Origin: Clostridiales bacterium
GTDB taxonomy: Bacteria; Bacillota; Clostridia; TANB77; CAG-508
NCBI GenBank assembly: GCA_019417465.1
Contig: DXVF01000015.1
Coordinates: forward strand, 1 to 24,000
DNA: 24,000 nt
Direction: 5' to 3'
Shown piece after piece: positions 9,186 through 18,664 of this stretch. The notes under the pieces were generated by a model, which saw only the letters and a list, made by a program, of their open reading frames with translations, did not search any database and was not told where the DNA came from. Position numbers and translations under genes: made by a program. Position 1 is the first letter of the stretch. Each line of letters opens with the position of its first letter.

Positions 9186-9234
9186 TAAAAGGCAGAGAAA
9201 TCTGCCTTAATTTAATTATTAGGAGGTCTAAATT

Positions 9235-9471
9235 ATGAAATGTTCAAAATGTGGTAAAGAATTTTCAGAACCGATATTGCCATTACATATTGAAAGATGT
9301 GAAAAAAGTAAAAAAGCTGAAGAAAATAAATCTAAAAAAGTTGAGCAAATGAATAAAGAAGAATTACTTACTAGGGCAAAAGAATTAGAGATAATAATTG
9401 AAGATATTGAAAATACAACGAAAGCCCAAATAATAGAAATGATAAAAGCAAAAGAAAAAACTCAAGAGTAG
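9235..9471 (+). CDS. Small zinc-finger/SAP-like head-associated protein
   Basis: MKCSKCGKEFSEPILPLHIERC + MNKEELLTRAKELEIIIEDIE... Confidence 0.5.
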   Translation: MKCSKCGKEFSEPILPLHIERCEKSKKAEENKSKKVEQMNKEELLTRAKELEIIIEDIENTTKAQIIEMIKAKEKTQE

Positions 9472-9479
9472 GTGATTCA

Positions 9480-9836
9480 ATGGAATTATTAGAAAAAGTA
9501 AAAGAAAGACTTGATATTACAGATACAAGTCAAGACAAAAAAATACAAGGTTATATTGATGATATTACAGATAAAATAAAATCTATTTGTAATAGATTTT
9601 ATTATCCAGAAGAACTAAATTATCTTGCAATTAATTATGCCCAAAATTGTTATCTTTACTATAAAAATAAAGATAACAATAGTAATAGTCATTTGCAAGT
9701 AACAGGTGCATCTGATAATGGACAATCTGTCACTTTTGAGACAGTAGAAATTATTACGAAAGATGATATAGACTTAGATAAAGTAATCAAAAAAAATCAA
9801 GATGAAATATCAAGATATGCATATATGGGGTGGTAA
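9480..9836 (+). CDS. Head-tail connector (gp6/gp15-like)
   Basis: LLEKVKERLDITDTSQDKKIQGYIDDITDKIKSICNR. Confidence 0.75.
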   Translation: MELLEKVKERLDITDTSQDKKIQGYIDDITDKIKSICNRFYYPEELNYLAINYAQNCYLYYKNKDNNSNSHLQVTGASDNGQSVTFETVEIITKDDIDLDKVIKKNQDEISRYAYMGW

Positions 9837-9838
9837 TA

Positions 9839-10180
9839 ATGCAAATATCAGATTTATTCAAACAAGTAATAAAAGATACTTTCTATGACAAAGATATAGA
9901 AATATGGACATCTGGAACAATAAAAGATGATGAAGGTGCAGTAATTGGAAATGGAAAATTGAATAAAGTAGATAGTTTTAAAGGTAATTTTCAATTTGCT
10001 ACAAGAGAATATATTCAAAAAGAATATGGACAGGAAATAGAGGCAAGCGCGATAGTTACTTGTGATAAGACAGTAGCCGAAATTGGCAATATTCTTATTT
10101 ATAATAATAAAGAATATGCAATCAAAAGCAAAATAACTCCTGATAGCCATGTAACCCTTTTGGTAGAAAATAATGAATAA
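9839..10180 (+). CDS. Head closure / stopper protein
   Basis: Position and IWTSGTIKDDEGAVIGNG...IEASAIVTCDKTVAEIGNILIYNNKEYAIKS. Confidence 0.5.
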   Translation: MQISDLFKQVIKDTFYDKDIEIWTSGTIKDDEGAVIGNGKLNKVDSFKGNFQFATREYIQKEYGQEIEASAIVTCDKTVAEIGNILIYNNKEYAIKSKITPDSHVTLLVENNE

Positions 10181-10208
10181 AATGTCGAATCTTGTAACAT
10201 AAAATCAG

Positions 10209-10237
10209 TTGCTTTGTTCGATATATTTCGATATAAT
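10209..10237 (+). promoter_or_regulatory. Sigma70-type promoter inside late operon
   Basis: TTGCTT - N17 - TATAAT. Confidence 0.6.
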
Positions 10238-10267
10238 TTTCTTATATTAAGCGAAAGGGGAAAGATT

Positions 10268-10621
10268 ATGAAAAAAATTTTTAAACTTATTACGCTATGT
10301 GCAATAATAGTATTGTTAATGATTATATTAACGGGTTGTACAGCAATCGAAACAAGTACAAATTCTGCAAGCAATAATTCTACAATTGGAAATAGCACAG
10401 TATCAAAAATAACCAAAGAAAATTATGAAAAAATTGAAAAAGGAATGACTAAGCAACAAGTATTCGACATTATAGGTGAAGATGCATCTATAAGTGAAAG
10501 TGAAACACCAGGTGTAGGAAAAATGGAATTATATCATTATCAGGAAATTCTTTCTGCAAAGTCAATTAATATATACTTTGTTAATGGCAAAGTATATATG
10601 AAAAATTGGGCTGAATTATAA
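10268..10621 (+). CDS. Lipoprotein moron (SmpA/BLIP-like fold suspected)
   Basis: GGGGAAAG SD; MKKIFKLITLCAIIVLLMIILTGC lipobox; ENYEKIEKGMTKQQVFDIIGEDA. Confidence 0.75.
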   Translation: MKKIFKLITLCAIIVLLMIILTGCTAIETSTNSASNNSTIGNSTVSKITKENYEKIEKGMTKQQVFDIIGEDASISESETPGVGKMELYHYQEILSAKSINIYFVNGKVYMKNWAEL

Positions 10622-10662
10622 GAAAGATGATAATATTAAGTACTATGCGGAGGTGATAAAGA

Positions 10663-10812
10663 ATGAAATATGATATTGGGGATAAAGTAGAATTAAAAAA
10701 TGGTTGTATTGTAGAAATTACTGAGATACATAAAAATCTATCTGATGAAATATATATATCAAGAAACATTCCAATTTCAGAAGATAAAATAGTAAGAAAA
10801 GTGGAAGAATAA
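10663..10812 (+). CDS. Small protein (49 aa) in moron cassette
   Basis: GGAGGTG SD; MKYDIGDKVELKNGCIVEITEIHKNLSDEIYISRNIPISEDKIVRKVEE. Confidence 0.6.
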   Translation: MKYDIGDKVELKNGCIVEITEIHKNLSDEIYISRNIPISEDKIVRKVEE

Positions 10813-10816
10813 TTAT

Positions 10817-10844
10817 AAAACACTAGATTAATTTCTAGTGTTTT
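10817..10844 (+). terminator. Terminator of moron cassette
   Basis: AAAACACTAGA-TTAATT-TCTAGTGTTTT perfect 11-bp stem, followed by ATTTTA. Confidence 0.75.
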
Positions 10845-10868
10845 ATTTTATGTAAAAAGGTGATAATA

Positions 10869-11351
10869 ATGTCAAGCGTAAAAGGGTTAAATAAGATACT
10901 TTCCAATTTGAAAGAGGAAGGCAAAAATATAAATGAATGTATATTTGCAGGAGTTAAAAATTCACTTTTATTAGGACAAAAAGAAGCAAAAATGAATGCT
11001 CCGGTAAGTGCTGACGGTGGATATCTTAGAGAGAACATTCATATAAACATAGATAGACGAGATACAAAGATACAAGGTTGTATTTATGGAACAGCAGAGT
11101 ATCATGCTTATGTAGAATGTGGAACTGGACCAGTAGGAAGAGGAACATATCCATATAAAATAAAAGGATATACAATACATTATAAAGCAAATAAATGGAA
11201 AGGGAAAGTCCCGTTTTTAATAAATGAAGAAACAGGAGACCTTGGAATAAGATATATAGCAGGACAAGAGGCACAGCCACACATGTATCCTGCTTTTTTA
11301 AACGTTGAAAAAAATTTAATAAAAGAAATAAAGAAAGCTAGTAAGGGGTGA
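10869..11351 (+). CDS. HK97 gp10-like head-tail / tail completion protein
   Basis: LNKILSNLKEEGKNINECI...NAPVSADGGYLRENIHI..VECGTGPVG. Confidence 0.8.
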   Translation: MSSVKGLNKILSNLKEEGKNINECIFAGVKNSLLLGQKEAKMNAPVSADGGYLRENIHINIDRRDTKIQGCIYGTAEYHAYVECGTGPVGRGTYPYKIKGYTIHYKANKWKGKVPFLINEETGDLGIRYIAGQEAQPHMYPAFLNVEKNLIKEIKKASKG

Positions 11352-11355
11352 TTGA

Positions 11356-11706
11356 ATGGAGTTTCCAAAGGCAGAGATATATAAATTGATTCAAAATGTA
11401 AAAATAAAGGAACAAGAAATAGATTATGTTCAAAACAAACCCAAAAAGTTTAAATCATTGCCCTGTATTAGTTTTTGTAATCTCATTAATACTCCTAAAT
11501 TTGCATTTAAAAACAGAATTTACTCAGAAAAAATAGATGTACAAATCGATATATGGTCAAAAGGAAGTGCTATAAACACTTTAATACTAAAAGAATTGTT
11601 AAATATAATGCAAGAAAACGGATGGACTTTAATTACTGCACAAGATATGGACAATACAAATGGTATATACAGAATAATGACTAAGTTTAGGAAGGTGTTA
11701 GAATGA
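11356..11706 (+). CDS. Tail completion/terminator protein
   Basis: Position between gp10-like and tail tube genes; size. Confidence 0.55.
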   Translation: MEFPKAEIYKLIQNVKIKEQEIDYVQNKPKKFKSLPCISFCNLINTPKFAFKNRIYSEKIDVQIDIWSKGSAINTLILKELLNIMQENGWTLITAQDMDNTNGIYRIMTKFRKVLE

Positions 11707-11879
11707 ATGAAATAATTCTTGATAAAACAACAGGTAAACTAAAAAATGTTAAATTTGATAATTCTGATTTATCTGCAACAACAGCAGATTTAACAGGAGA
11801 AGTAAAAATGATAAACAACGAAATGAAACTTATCTTAGCTATTTCAGTTAATGATAAGTTTCATTTTAATTTTGAATAG
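11703..11879 (+). CDS. Small protein of unknown function (58 aa)
   Basis: MNEIILDKTTGKLKNVKFDNSDLSATTADLTGEVKMINNEMKLILAISVNDKFHFNFE; overlaps upstream stop. Confidence 0.5.
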   Translation: MNEIILDKTTGKLKNVKFDNSDLSATTADLTGEVKMINNEMKLILAISVNDKFHFNFE

Positions 11880-11891
11880 GAGGAATGAATA

Positions 11892-12296
11892 ATGTTATAT
11901 ACAGGAAGAACAGGAAAAATAAGTATAGGTAGTAAAGAAATAGCACATATTGCTAATTTTACAGTAGACAAGGAAAATGAAATAAAGGAAGTTTCTAGTT
12001 TTGGAAAAAAATATAAAGAGAAAGTTCCAGGCGTTGCAAATTGGACTGCTTCAGCAGAAGGGGCGGCAGATTTTGCAACTGATAGCGGACAAGCAGAACT
12101 AAATAAAGCTTTTGAAGATCAAACTTTGATAGAATGTAAATTTTATTTAGATGATACTACTTATTTAAATGGGTCTGCATACATAAGCAAATTAAGCATA
12201 TCACACGATGCTGAAGGAAACGCAGAGATAAGTATTGACTTAGAAGGAAGCGGAGCTTTAGAAGATACTGGAATGTTACCAACTACAGAAGGCTAA
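11892..12296 (+). CDS. Major tail (tube) protein
   Basis: MLYTGRTGKISIGSKEIAHIANFTVDKENEIKEVSSFGKKYKEKVPGVANWTASAEG. Confidence 0.8.
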   Translation: MLYTGRTGKISIGSKEIAHIANFTVDKENEIKEVSSFGKKYKEKVPGVANWTASAEGAADFATDSGQAELNKAFEDQTLIECKFYLDDTTYLNGSAYISKLSISHDAEGNAEISIDLEGSGALEDTGMLPTTEG

Positions 12297-12324
12297 AGTA
12301 ATTAATTTTTAGGAGGAAATAAAT

Positions 12325-12980
12325 ATGTATATTAAATATAGAGAAGAAGAAATCGAATGTGTAACAACTTTAAGAACAGCAATGAATATCCAAAAGAAGT
12401 TTAGAAAACCATATATGCAAATTCTAAAACAAATAGAAGACTTAGATTTAGAAGAACAATTAAAAATATTATATGCAGGAATAGAATTAGGAAAAAATAG
12501 TGATATTAAATTTGAAGAGCTTAAGGAATATTTCTTGGATAACGTAGGATTAGAAGCGTTAGGAGAATACATTGAAGAATTTGTGAATGGACTTCAATAT
12601 CCAGGATTAAGTGAGGAAGAAATAGAAAAAAAGTTGATTGCGAAAGCGGAGAAGCAGGACAAGATGAAAGAACTTGGTTTAATCAAATAACTAGATTAGG
12701 AGCATCTGTAGGATTAGCTCCTAATGAAATATTAGATATGGAATTATGGCAATTTAATAATTACATAAAAGGTTATGAGCAAAAGATGATTAATAGACAA
12801 AAAGAAGAAATCTCTTTGGCGTGGCATACAGCGGTATTTAACAATCAAAAAAAGATAAAACCATTAAAAACATATTTAGAAAAAATTCAGTTAAACAAAA
12901 AAAATACTATGAGTAAACAAAGTCAACTAGAAGCAATAAGAAAAGCAAAAGAATTGGACCGAAAAGAGGTGGTTGAATGA
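12325..12980 (+). CDS. Tail assembly chaperones gpG (12325-12690) and gpGT (-1 frameshift product to 12980)
   Basis: Slippery A_AAA_AAG at 12627-12633; -1 frame reads VDCESGEAGQDERTWFNQITRLGASVGLAPNEILDMELWQFNNYIKGYE. Confidence 0.8.
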
Positions 12981-15183
12981 GTATATCTCTTGGAGTTTTA
13001 AGTTTTGGAGTAGAAGCGGATACAAAAAAACTAGACAAAAATATAAATGATGCAGACAAAAAAATTAATAGATTTTCTATGTTAGGAGTTCAGAGATTAA
13101 ATTCTCTAAACTCCTTCAGTATTAATAAAGGGAAGAAAGAGATTGATTCATTAAATAATAAGTTAAAAAAAACACAATCAGAAGCCAGTAAAACTCAATC
13201 TAAATTAGAACAAATAGACCAAAAAATGAGAACAATTAGAAACAACATAGCAGAAACAAGCGGATTAAATTTACAATATGATACGTCACAAAGTTCAAAT
13301 AAAAGAATGACAACAACAGAATATGATGAAAAACTGGAAAAATTAGCAATGGAAGATAAAGCATATCAAAAACTGGTTGAAAAAGAGCAAGAGTTATATT
13401 TAAAATCTGAACAGCATGGAGAATCTATAAATAATATAAGAACGAAAATAAGCCAAGTAGGAAAAGAAACCGAAAAAGCAGGAAAGATACAAGGTTTTAC
13501 TAACACTATAAAAAATATTGGTAGTGGAATAAAAAACATATCAGGCAGATTAGGAAATATATTGAAAAAAACTTTACAATGGAGTTCTATTTTGTTTGGT
13601 GTTGGAGGAATAATAAGTGTAATTACAAGAGGAATAAATTCTTATTTAGAAACAAATCAGCAAATGAAAACTGATTTAGATTATATGTTTTATGCAATAG
13701 GACAAGCCTTAGCTCCTGCAATACAATGGGTTATTAATTTGTTTCAAAATTTATTAGCAATAGTAGGTGCAATAGCACAAGTGTTTTTTGGAGTAAATAT
13801 ATTTGCAAACAGTTTTGCGAATTATATGAAACAAGCAAACAAAAATGCAAAAGCAACAAAGAAGACACTAGGACAATTAGCAGGATTTGATGAAATAAAT
13901 AATGTAGGAGCAAATGATAACACTGGTGGAAGTGGAAGTTCTATATCTGTTCCAGATTTTAATTTAGAAAATAAAATAGGAGAATGGATACCCAAAATTG
14001 AGGAGTTAAAAAATAAATTTGAAGAATGGAAATGGGCTATCCTGGGTGTTGTAGGAGCTTTAGCTTTAATAAAAATAGGAAGTTTGTTAGGATTAGCAGC
14101 ACCAGTAATAGCAGGAATAGTATTGATTTTTGCACGGATTAGGCTTTATAATACAAGGCATTATAAATATGGTTAGTGGAGACTTTATAACAGGGCTAAT
14201 GCAGTTTTTAGTTGGTCTAGCACTAGTTGTTGCAGGCATCTTTATACTTTTTGGTGGAATACCTGCTTTAGTAGCTTTAGTTGTAGGGATAATAGTAGGG
14301 TTAGTCATAACAATATACAGGTATGGAGATGAATTAAAACAAAAATTAAACGATTTTTCTGATTGGTTGTTTGGAATAATAGATAAAGACTGGAGAAATA
14401 TGTTCGGTCCTATGTTGGGAAGTATAATGAATGAAGGAGTATCTATTGTAAAAAGCCTGATAGATGGTTGTAAGTTATATCTTTCTGGTATGGTTGATTT
14501 TATACAAGGGATATTTAGTGGAGATTGGCGGAAGAGCTTGGGAAGGCTTGAAAAAAATAGTACAAGGTCTTTGGAAAGAACTTACAACAATATTAACAAC
14601 TCCTTTTCGCTTACTAGGTGGAGTATTAAATGGTATGATTGGAGACTTTCTCAATTTTGTAGGTAGTGCAAAAAATTGTTTTTCTAATTTTACATCTTGG
14701 CTAAAAGGTTCTATTTCTGGAATAGGTAATTCTTTTTCGAATGCTTGGAATAGTATAAAACAGGGATTCAACAATATTTGGAATAATTTAGTTACACCAC
14801 ATATTAAAATGCCTCATATTAATATTTCTTATTCATATAGTGGTTTTGCAGCAGAAGCAGCTAAGGTGTTAGGATTGCCAGGATTTCCCAAATTTAATGT
14901 TAGTTGGTATAAAAACGGTGGTGTATTCGGAGAAAAATCTATAATAGGTGTAGGAGAATATACTGGTGCAGGAAGTAATCCAGAAATCGTTGCACCTCAA
15001 AATTTGATATATCAAACAACTGCACAAGCATATAGAGATGTTTCAGGAAGCACTCAAGTTTCAGAAGAAAAAACATCGCAACGAATAATAATTAATGTTG
15101 GAAATAGGAAAATGTTTGATGATTTTATAGATTATGCAAAAGAACAGAAACGTAAAAATGGCGTTTCTGTTCTTTTTGAATAG
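12977..15183 (+). CDS. Tape measure protein, 734 aa if two +1 shifts are made
   Basis: Coiled coil, ATKKTLGQLAGFDEINN motif, hydrophobic middle, C-term TTPFRLLGGVLNGMIGDFLNFV / GGVFGEKSIIGVGEYTGAGSNPEIVAP; frame changes at CGG 14135 and 14529. Confidence 0.85.
14135..14137 (+). other. +1 recoding site 4 (TMP): GCA CGG A -> C GGA
   Basis: +1 frame gives GLGFIIQGIINMVSGDFITGLMQF; frame 0 stops after YNTRHYKYG. Confidence 0.85.
14529..14531 (+). other. +1 recoding site 5 (TMP): TGG CGG A -> C GGA
   Basis: +1 frame gives GRAWEGLKKIVQGLWKELTTILTTPFRLLGG. Confidence 0.85.
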
Positions 15184-15192
15184 GAGGGAATT

Positions 15193-15579
15193 ATGAGTGT
15201 ACAATGGTGGAAAGGCAACAAAAAGATGAAGAATCCTTCAAAATTGAAAATTGATGCAGAAGATTTAGATGACAATAGTTATAGAAGTGCTGTAACAGGA
15301 GCTTTGATAGATACTGTTGTAGCTAAAAAAATGCACAAATTTGGATTTACATATGATCATTTAACAGAAAAAGAAGCAGAAGACATCTTACAAGAAATAG
15401 ATGAAAATCCTGTTAATTTAACAATAAAAACTCCTTATGTTAAAGGTGGAAAAATTACAGCTGATTTTAGATGTAGTAAATGGAGTATAGAATTGTATAA
15501 AGATGATGATGATAGTGAAGAAGAGTGGGCAGAATTAACTTTTAATCTTGTTCAAAAAAAGAAGGCAGCTAATCAATAA
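15193..15579 (+). CDS. Tail-associated protein of unknown function
   Basis: 128-aa ORF with strong SD (ATAGGAGGG), between TMP and tail lysin. Confidence 0.5.
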   Translation: MSVQWWKGNKKMKNPSKLKIDAEDLDDNSYRSAVTGALIDTVVAKKMHKFGFTYDHLTEKEAEDILQEIDENPVNLTIKTPYVKGGKITADFRCSKWSIELYKDDDDSEEEWAELTFNLVQKKKAANQ

Positions 15580-15592
15580 AGGAGGCTAAAAT

Positions 15593-18500
15593 ATGTACAA
15601 AACAAGCAAACATTGGAAAAATACTATATATAAAAATGCAATAAGTGTATTAAATATTTATGTAGATAATGTATTGATAAATCCCGATTATATCTTAGAT
15701 TTAGGCACAGAACATGAATTATTCGACGGTGAATTAATACTAGGAAGTATGCCATGCCAAAGTATTGACTTACAACTATATAAAGATACAATTTCTAATA
15801 CCGCAAAAAAAGTAAGAATAGAATACGGAATATTAGTTAATAAGGCTATAACTGTACAAGAATTAAATGAGATGATGATAGGTACTTTGAATAAATTAAA
15901 AGTAAAATCTTTAGCTAAAAAAGATGAAAGTTTTGAAATAATACCTATTCGGGGATTTTAATGTAGATGATTTTGTAGACAATGATGATGGAACAGTAAC
16001 TATAAAACTATTAGACAATATGATTAAATTTGATGCTGATAATGGCTATTATGATGCTAGTGAATTAATGAGTCAAAATGGACACACTACACTAGGTGAA
16101 ATAGCACAAGATATATGTGATAAGAAAGGAGTAGAATTGCGGTTCTACTTCTTTTTTAGGGTCTAATAAACAAGTGGCAGTATATGACAATACAGTTTCT
16201 GCAAGAACTTATATAAGTTACATTGCTGAGCAAGCAGGGTGTTTTGCAGTGATAGGAAGAGATGGAAAGCTTTATTTTAGAAGTTTATATGAAGATGAAG
16301 CAGAAATTGACTTTGAACTATTTGGTGAATTTAAGTGGGGAGATACTTGTAATATATCTAAAGTAAGCTATGAAGATGGAATTAGAAGCTTTAAGAAGCG
16401 GAAATGATACTGGTAGTACTTTATGGATTAATCAGGAAAACATGTATATTGTAGACGAAGGACAAGTACAAAATATTTACAATAAAGTAAATGGACTACA
16501 GGCTAATAGTTTTGAAGGAATGACAATAATAGACCCTACATTAGACGTAGGAGACAAGATAATAATAAATGGAAAACCTGTTATTTATCAAGGTGGAATG
16601 GATTTTCAAGGAAGATTTATAGCTAACATAAAGAGTAAGATTGCACTAAAACAAAGACAAGAAACAACAGTAAAAGAAGTTTCTCAGAAAGTTATTAACA
16701 GAAGAGTAGAAAGTAATATAAATCAAATCGAAGGCAAGATTACACAGTTAGTAGAAGAAACCTCCGAAACTTCCGAAAAACTAACAAAACATGAGCAAGA
16801 TATAAACAGCATAACAGATACAGTAAGTAGTGTAGAAACAAAAATAGAAACAGTAGAAGAAAAAGCTGATACAGCACAAAGTACAACTGATGAAACAAAG
16901 CAAAACTTAGAACAAAATTATTTAACAACTACAGAGACAGAAGCAAAAATACAAGAAAAAGCTGGAGAAGTAACTATAGAAACAAATAAAAAAATAGAGA
17001 GTATTCAGATAGGGGGAACTAACTTATTACAGGATAGTGCGTTTCCTACCGAAACAAAAAAATGGAACATAAGAACAGGAATAAGCATAGATGCAGAAAC
17101 AAAAATGAATGCAAACAATTCTATAAAAATGAATTGTTCTGGAAGTAATAGATTAGATTGTTCTAAAGAGTATTTTGCGGATTATAAGCAAGGAGAAAAT
17201 CTTACTTTAAGTTTGTGGTTAATGTGCCCTGATGTATCTAAGATTACGTCTAGTATGAATATATGGATAGGATATAGAAACGAAAGTGAAACTGCTATAG
17301 CTAACAATCAATTGATTGTAACTCCTGATATGTTTGCAGAGGTAGGTGACAACAATTGGTTTAAAGTAAAAATTACAGGTAGTAGTACAAATGCAAACAG
17401 CACTAAATGCACTTTTATGTGTGCAACTAACAGTACAACTGGAATAGTTTATGTATCTTCTCCGAAGTTAGAACGTGGTACAAAGGATACAGACTGGAGT
17501 TTTGCAGATGGCGATGTTGTTAAAGATATAGAATTAGGACAAAAGATAGAAGCTAATTGGGAACATGTAAAAGTTGCATGGAACACTATATCAGAATTTT
17601 TACAACTAGAAAACTTAAAAGGTAATGCTAGCTTAGTAGTTCGAGATGAAAATGGAAACTTAATTATGTCTCTAGATAAAACAGGACAACATTATTGGAT
17701 ACAAAAAAACAACGAGGATAAAAATATAGCAGAAACTACCTTAAAAGAGATAACTATAAACAATGAAACTAAAAAAGCTTTAATGTTCATTCTAGACAAT
17801 GCAGAGATGAATGGCGAAGGAATAATGGCATGGGGATATAAAATTGGAAATAATGTTTATCCTGTAATGTATGTTGGGAATTTTGGAAACGAGGAATTTG
17901 GATTACATTTTGCTACAGATTTAATTGCGAATGGAAATGCTATTAAATTCCAAAACGCAAGCATAGACGATGATGGTTCATTTCTATACTTAAGGTCGCT
18001 CGGTGGTCTTAGATTAATGGATACAGAAAACAATACTTGGATAGCACAATTTTTTAAGGACAATGGTCAATATGGTTTTTCTATAAAGGCAGATACTTTT
18101 GCAATATTAGGAACAGATGGGCAAACAAGAATAATAGATTTATACGATAATCAAGCGGGAACAAAAACGTTTAAAGTAAATGGCTATCTGGAAGCTGATA
18201 ATGTTGCAAACATGAACAATTTACAATATATGAGTGGCTCAACATGGGAAGCAAGTGGAGAAAAGTTTGGGATGATTTATTGTAGTTTAAGAGATGGACA
18301 AGAGTTTACTATAACAAGTTATTCCGCAATCTCAGATGAAAGATTAAAGGAGAATATACAAGAAACTAAACTAAATGCACTAGAAAGAATCAAACAACTT
18401 AATCATGTTCAATTTGATTGGAAACTTACAAAAGAACATGAAGAAATAGGGTACATAGCGCAAGAATTAGAGAAAATTGATAAAAACTATGTTGTTAAAA

Positions 18501-18664
18501 TTCCAAATCCGCAAAATGAAGATGTTAAATATACAGTTAGAGAATTAGCTATATTAGCAACAGCAACTAAAGCCATTCAAGAGTTAAATGAAAAAGTAGA
18601 AAAGCAAGAAAAATTAATAAATAAATTACTACAAAAATTAGGAGAGGAGGATACTGATGCTTGA
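15593..18664 (+). CDS. Tail-associated lysin/receptor-binding fibre with C-terminal S74-like intramolecular chaperone; 1022 aa if three +1 shifts are made
   Basis: LGEIAQDICDKKGVEL-GSTSFLGSNKQVAVYDNTVSARTYISYIAEQAG... and SAISDERLKENIQETKLNALERIKQLNHVQFDWK..YIAQELE; frame changes at CGG 15950, 16140, 16399. Confidence 0.8.
15950..15952 (+). other. +1 recoding site 6: ATT CGG G -> C GGG
   Basis: +1 frame gives IIPI-GDFNVDDFVDNDDGTVTIKLLDNM; frame 0 gives CGG GGA TTT TAA. Confidence 0.85.
16140..16142 (+). other. +1 recoding site 7: TTG CGG T -> C GGT
   Basis: +1 frame gives VEL-GSTSFLGSNKQVAVYDNT; frame 0 gives RFYFFFRV*. Confidence 0.9.
16399..16401 (+). other. +1 recoding site 8: AAG CGG A -> C GGA
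   Basis: +1 frame gives SYEDGIRSFKK-GNDTGSTLWINQENMYIVD; frame 0 gives CGG AAA TGA. Confidence 0.85.

Noticed and set aside
12977-12980. Interpreting gene overlaps such as GAATGA at 12975-12980 as recoding sites
   Set aside because: These are ordinary translational coupling overlaps (ATGA) between separate genes with their own SDs.
3642-16401. P-site tRNA slippage or SD-stimulated prfB-like +1 frameshifting
   Set aside because: P-site codons are all different and mostly cannot re-pair +1; there is no slippery stop codon context and no consistent upstream SD-like element.
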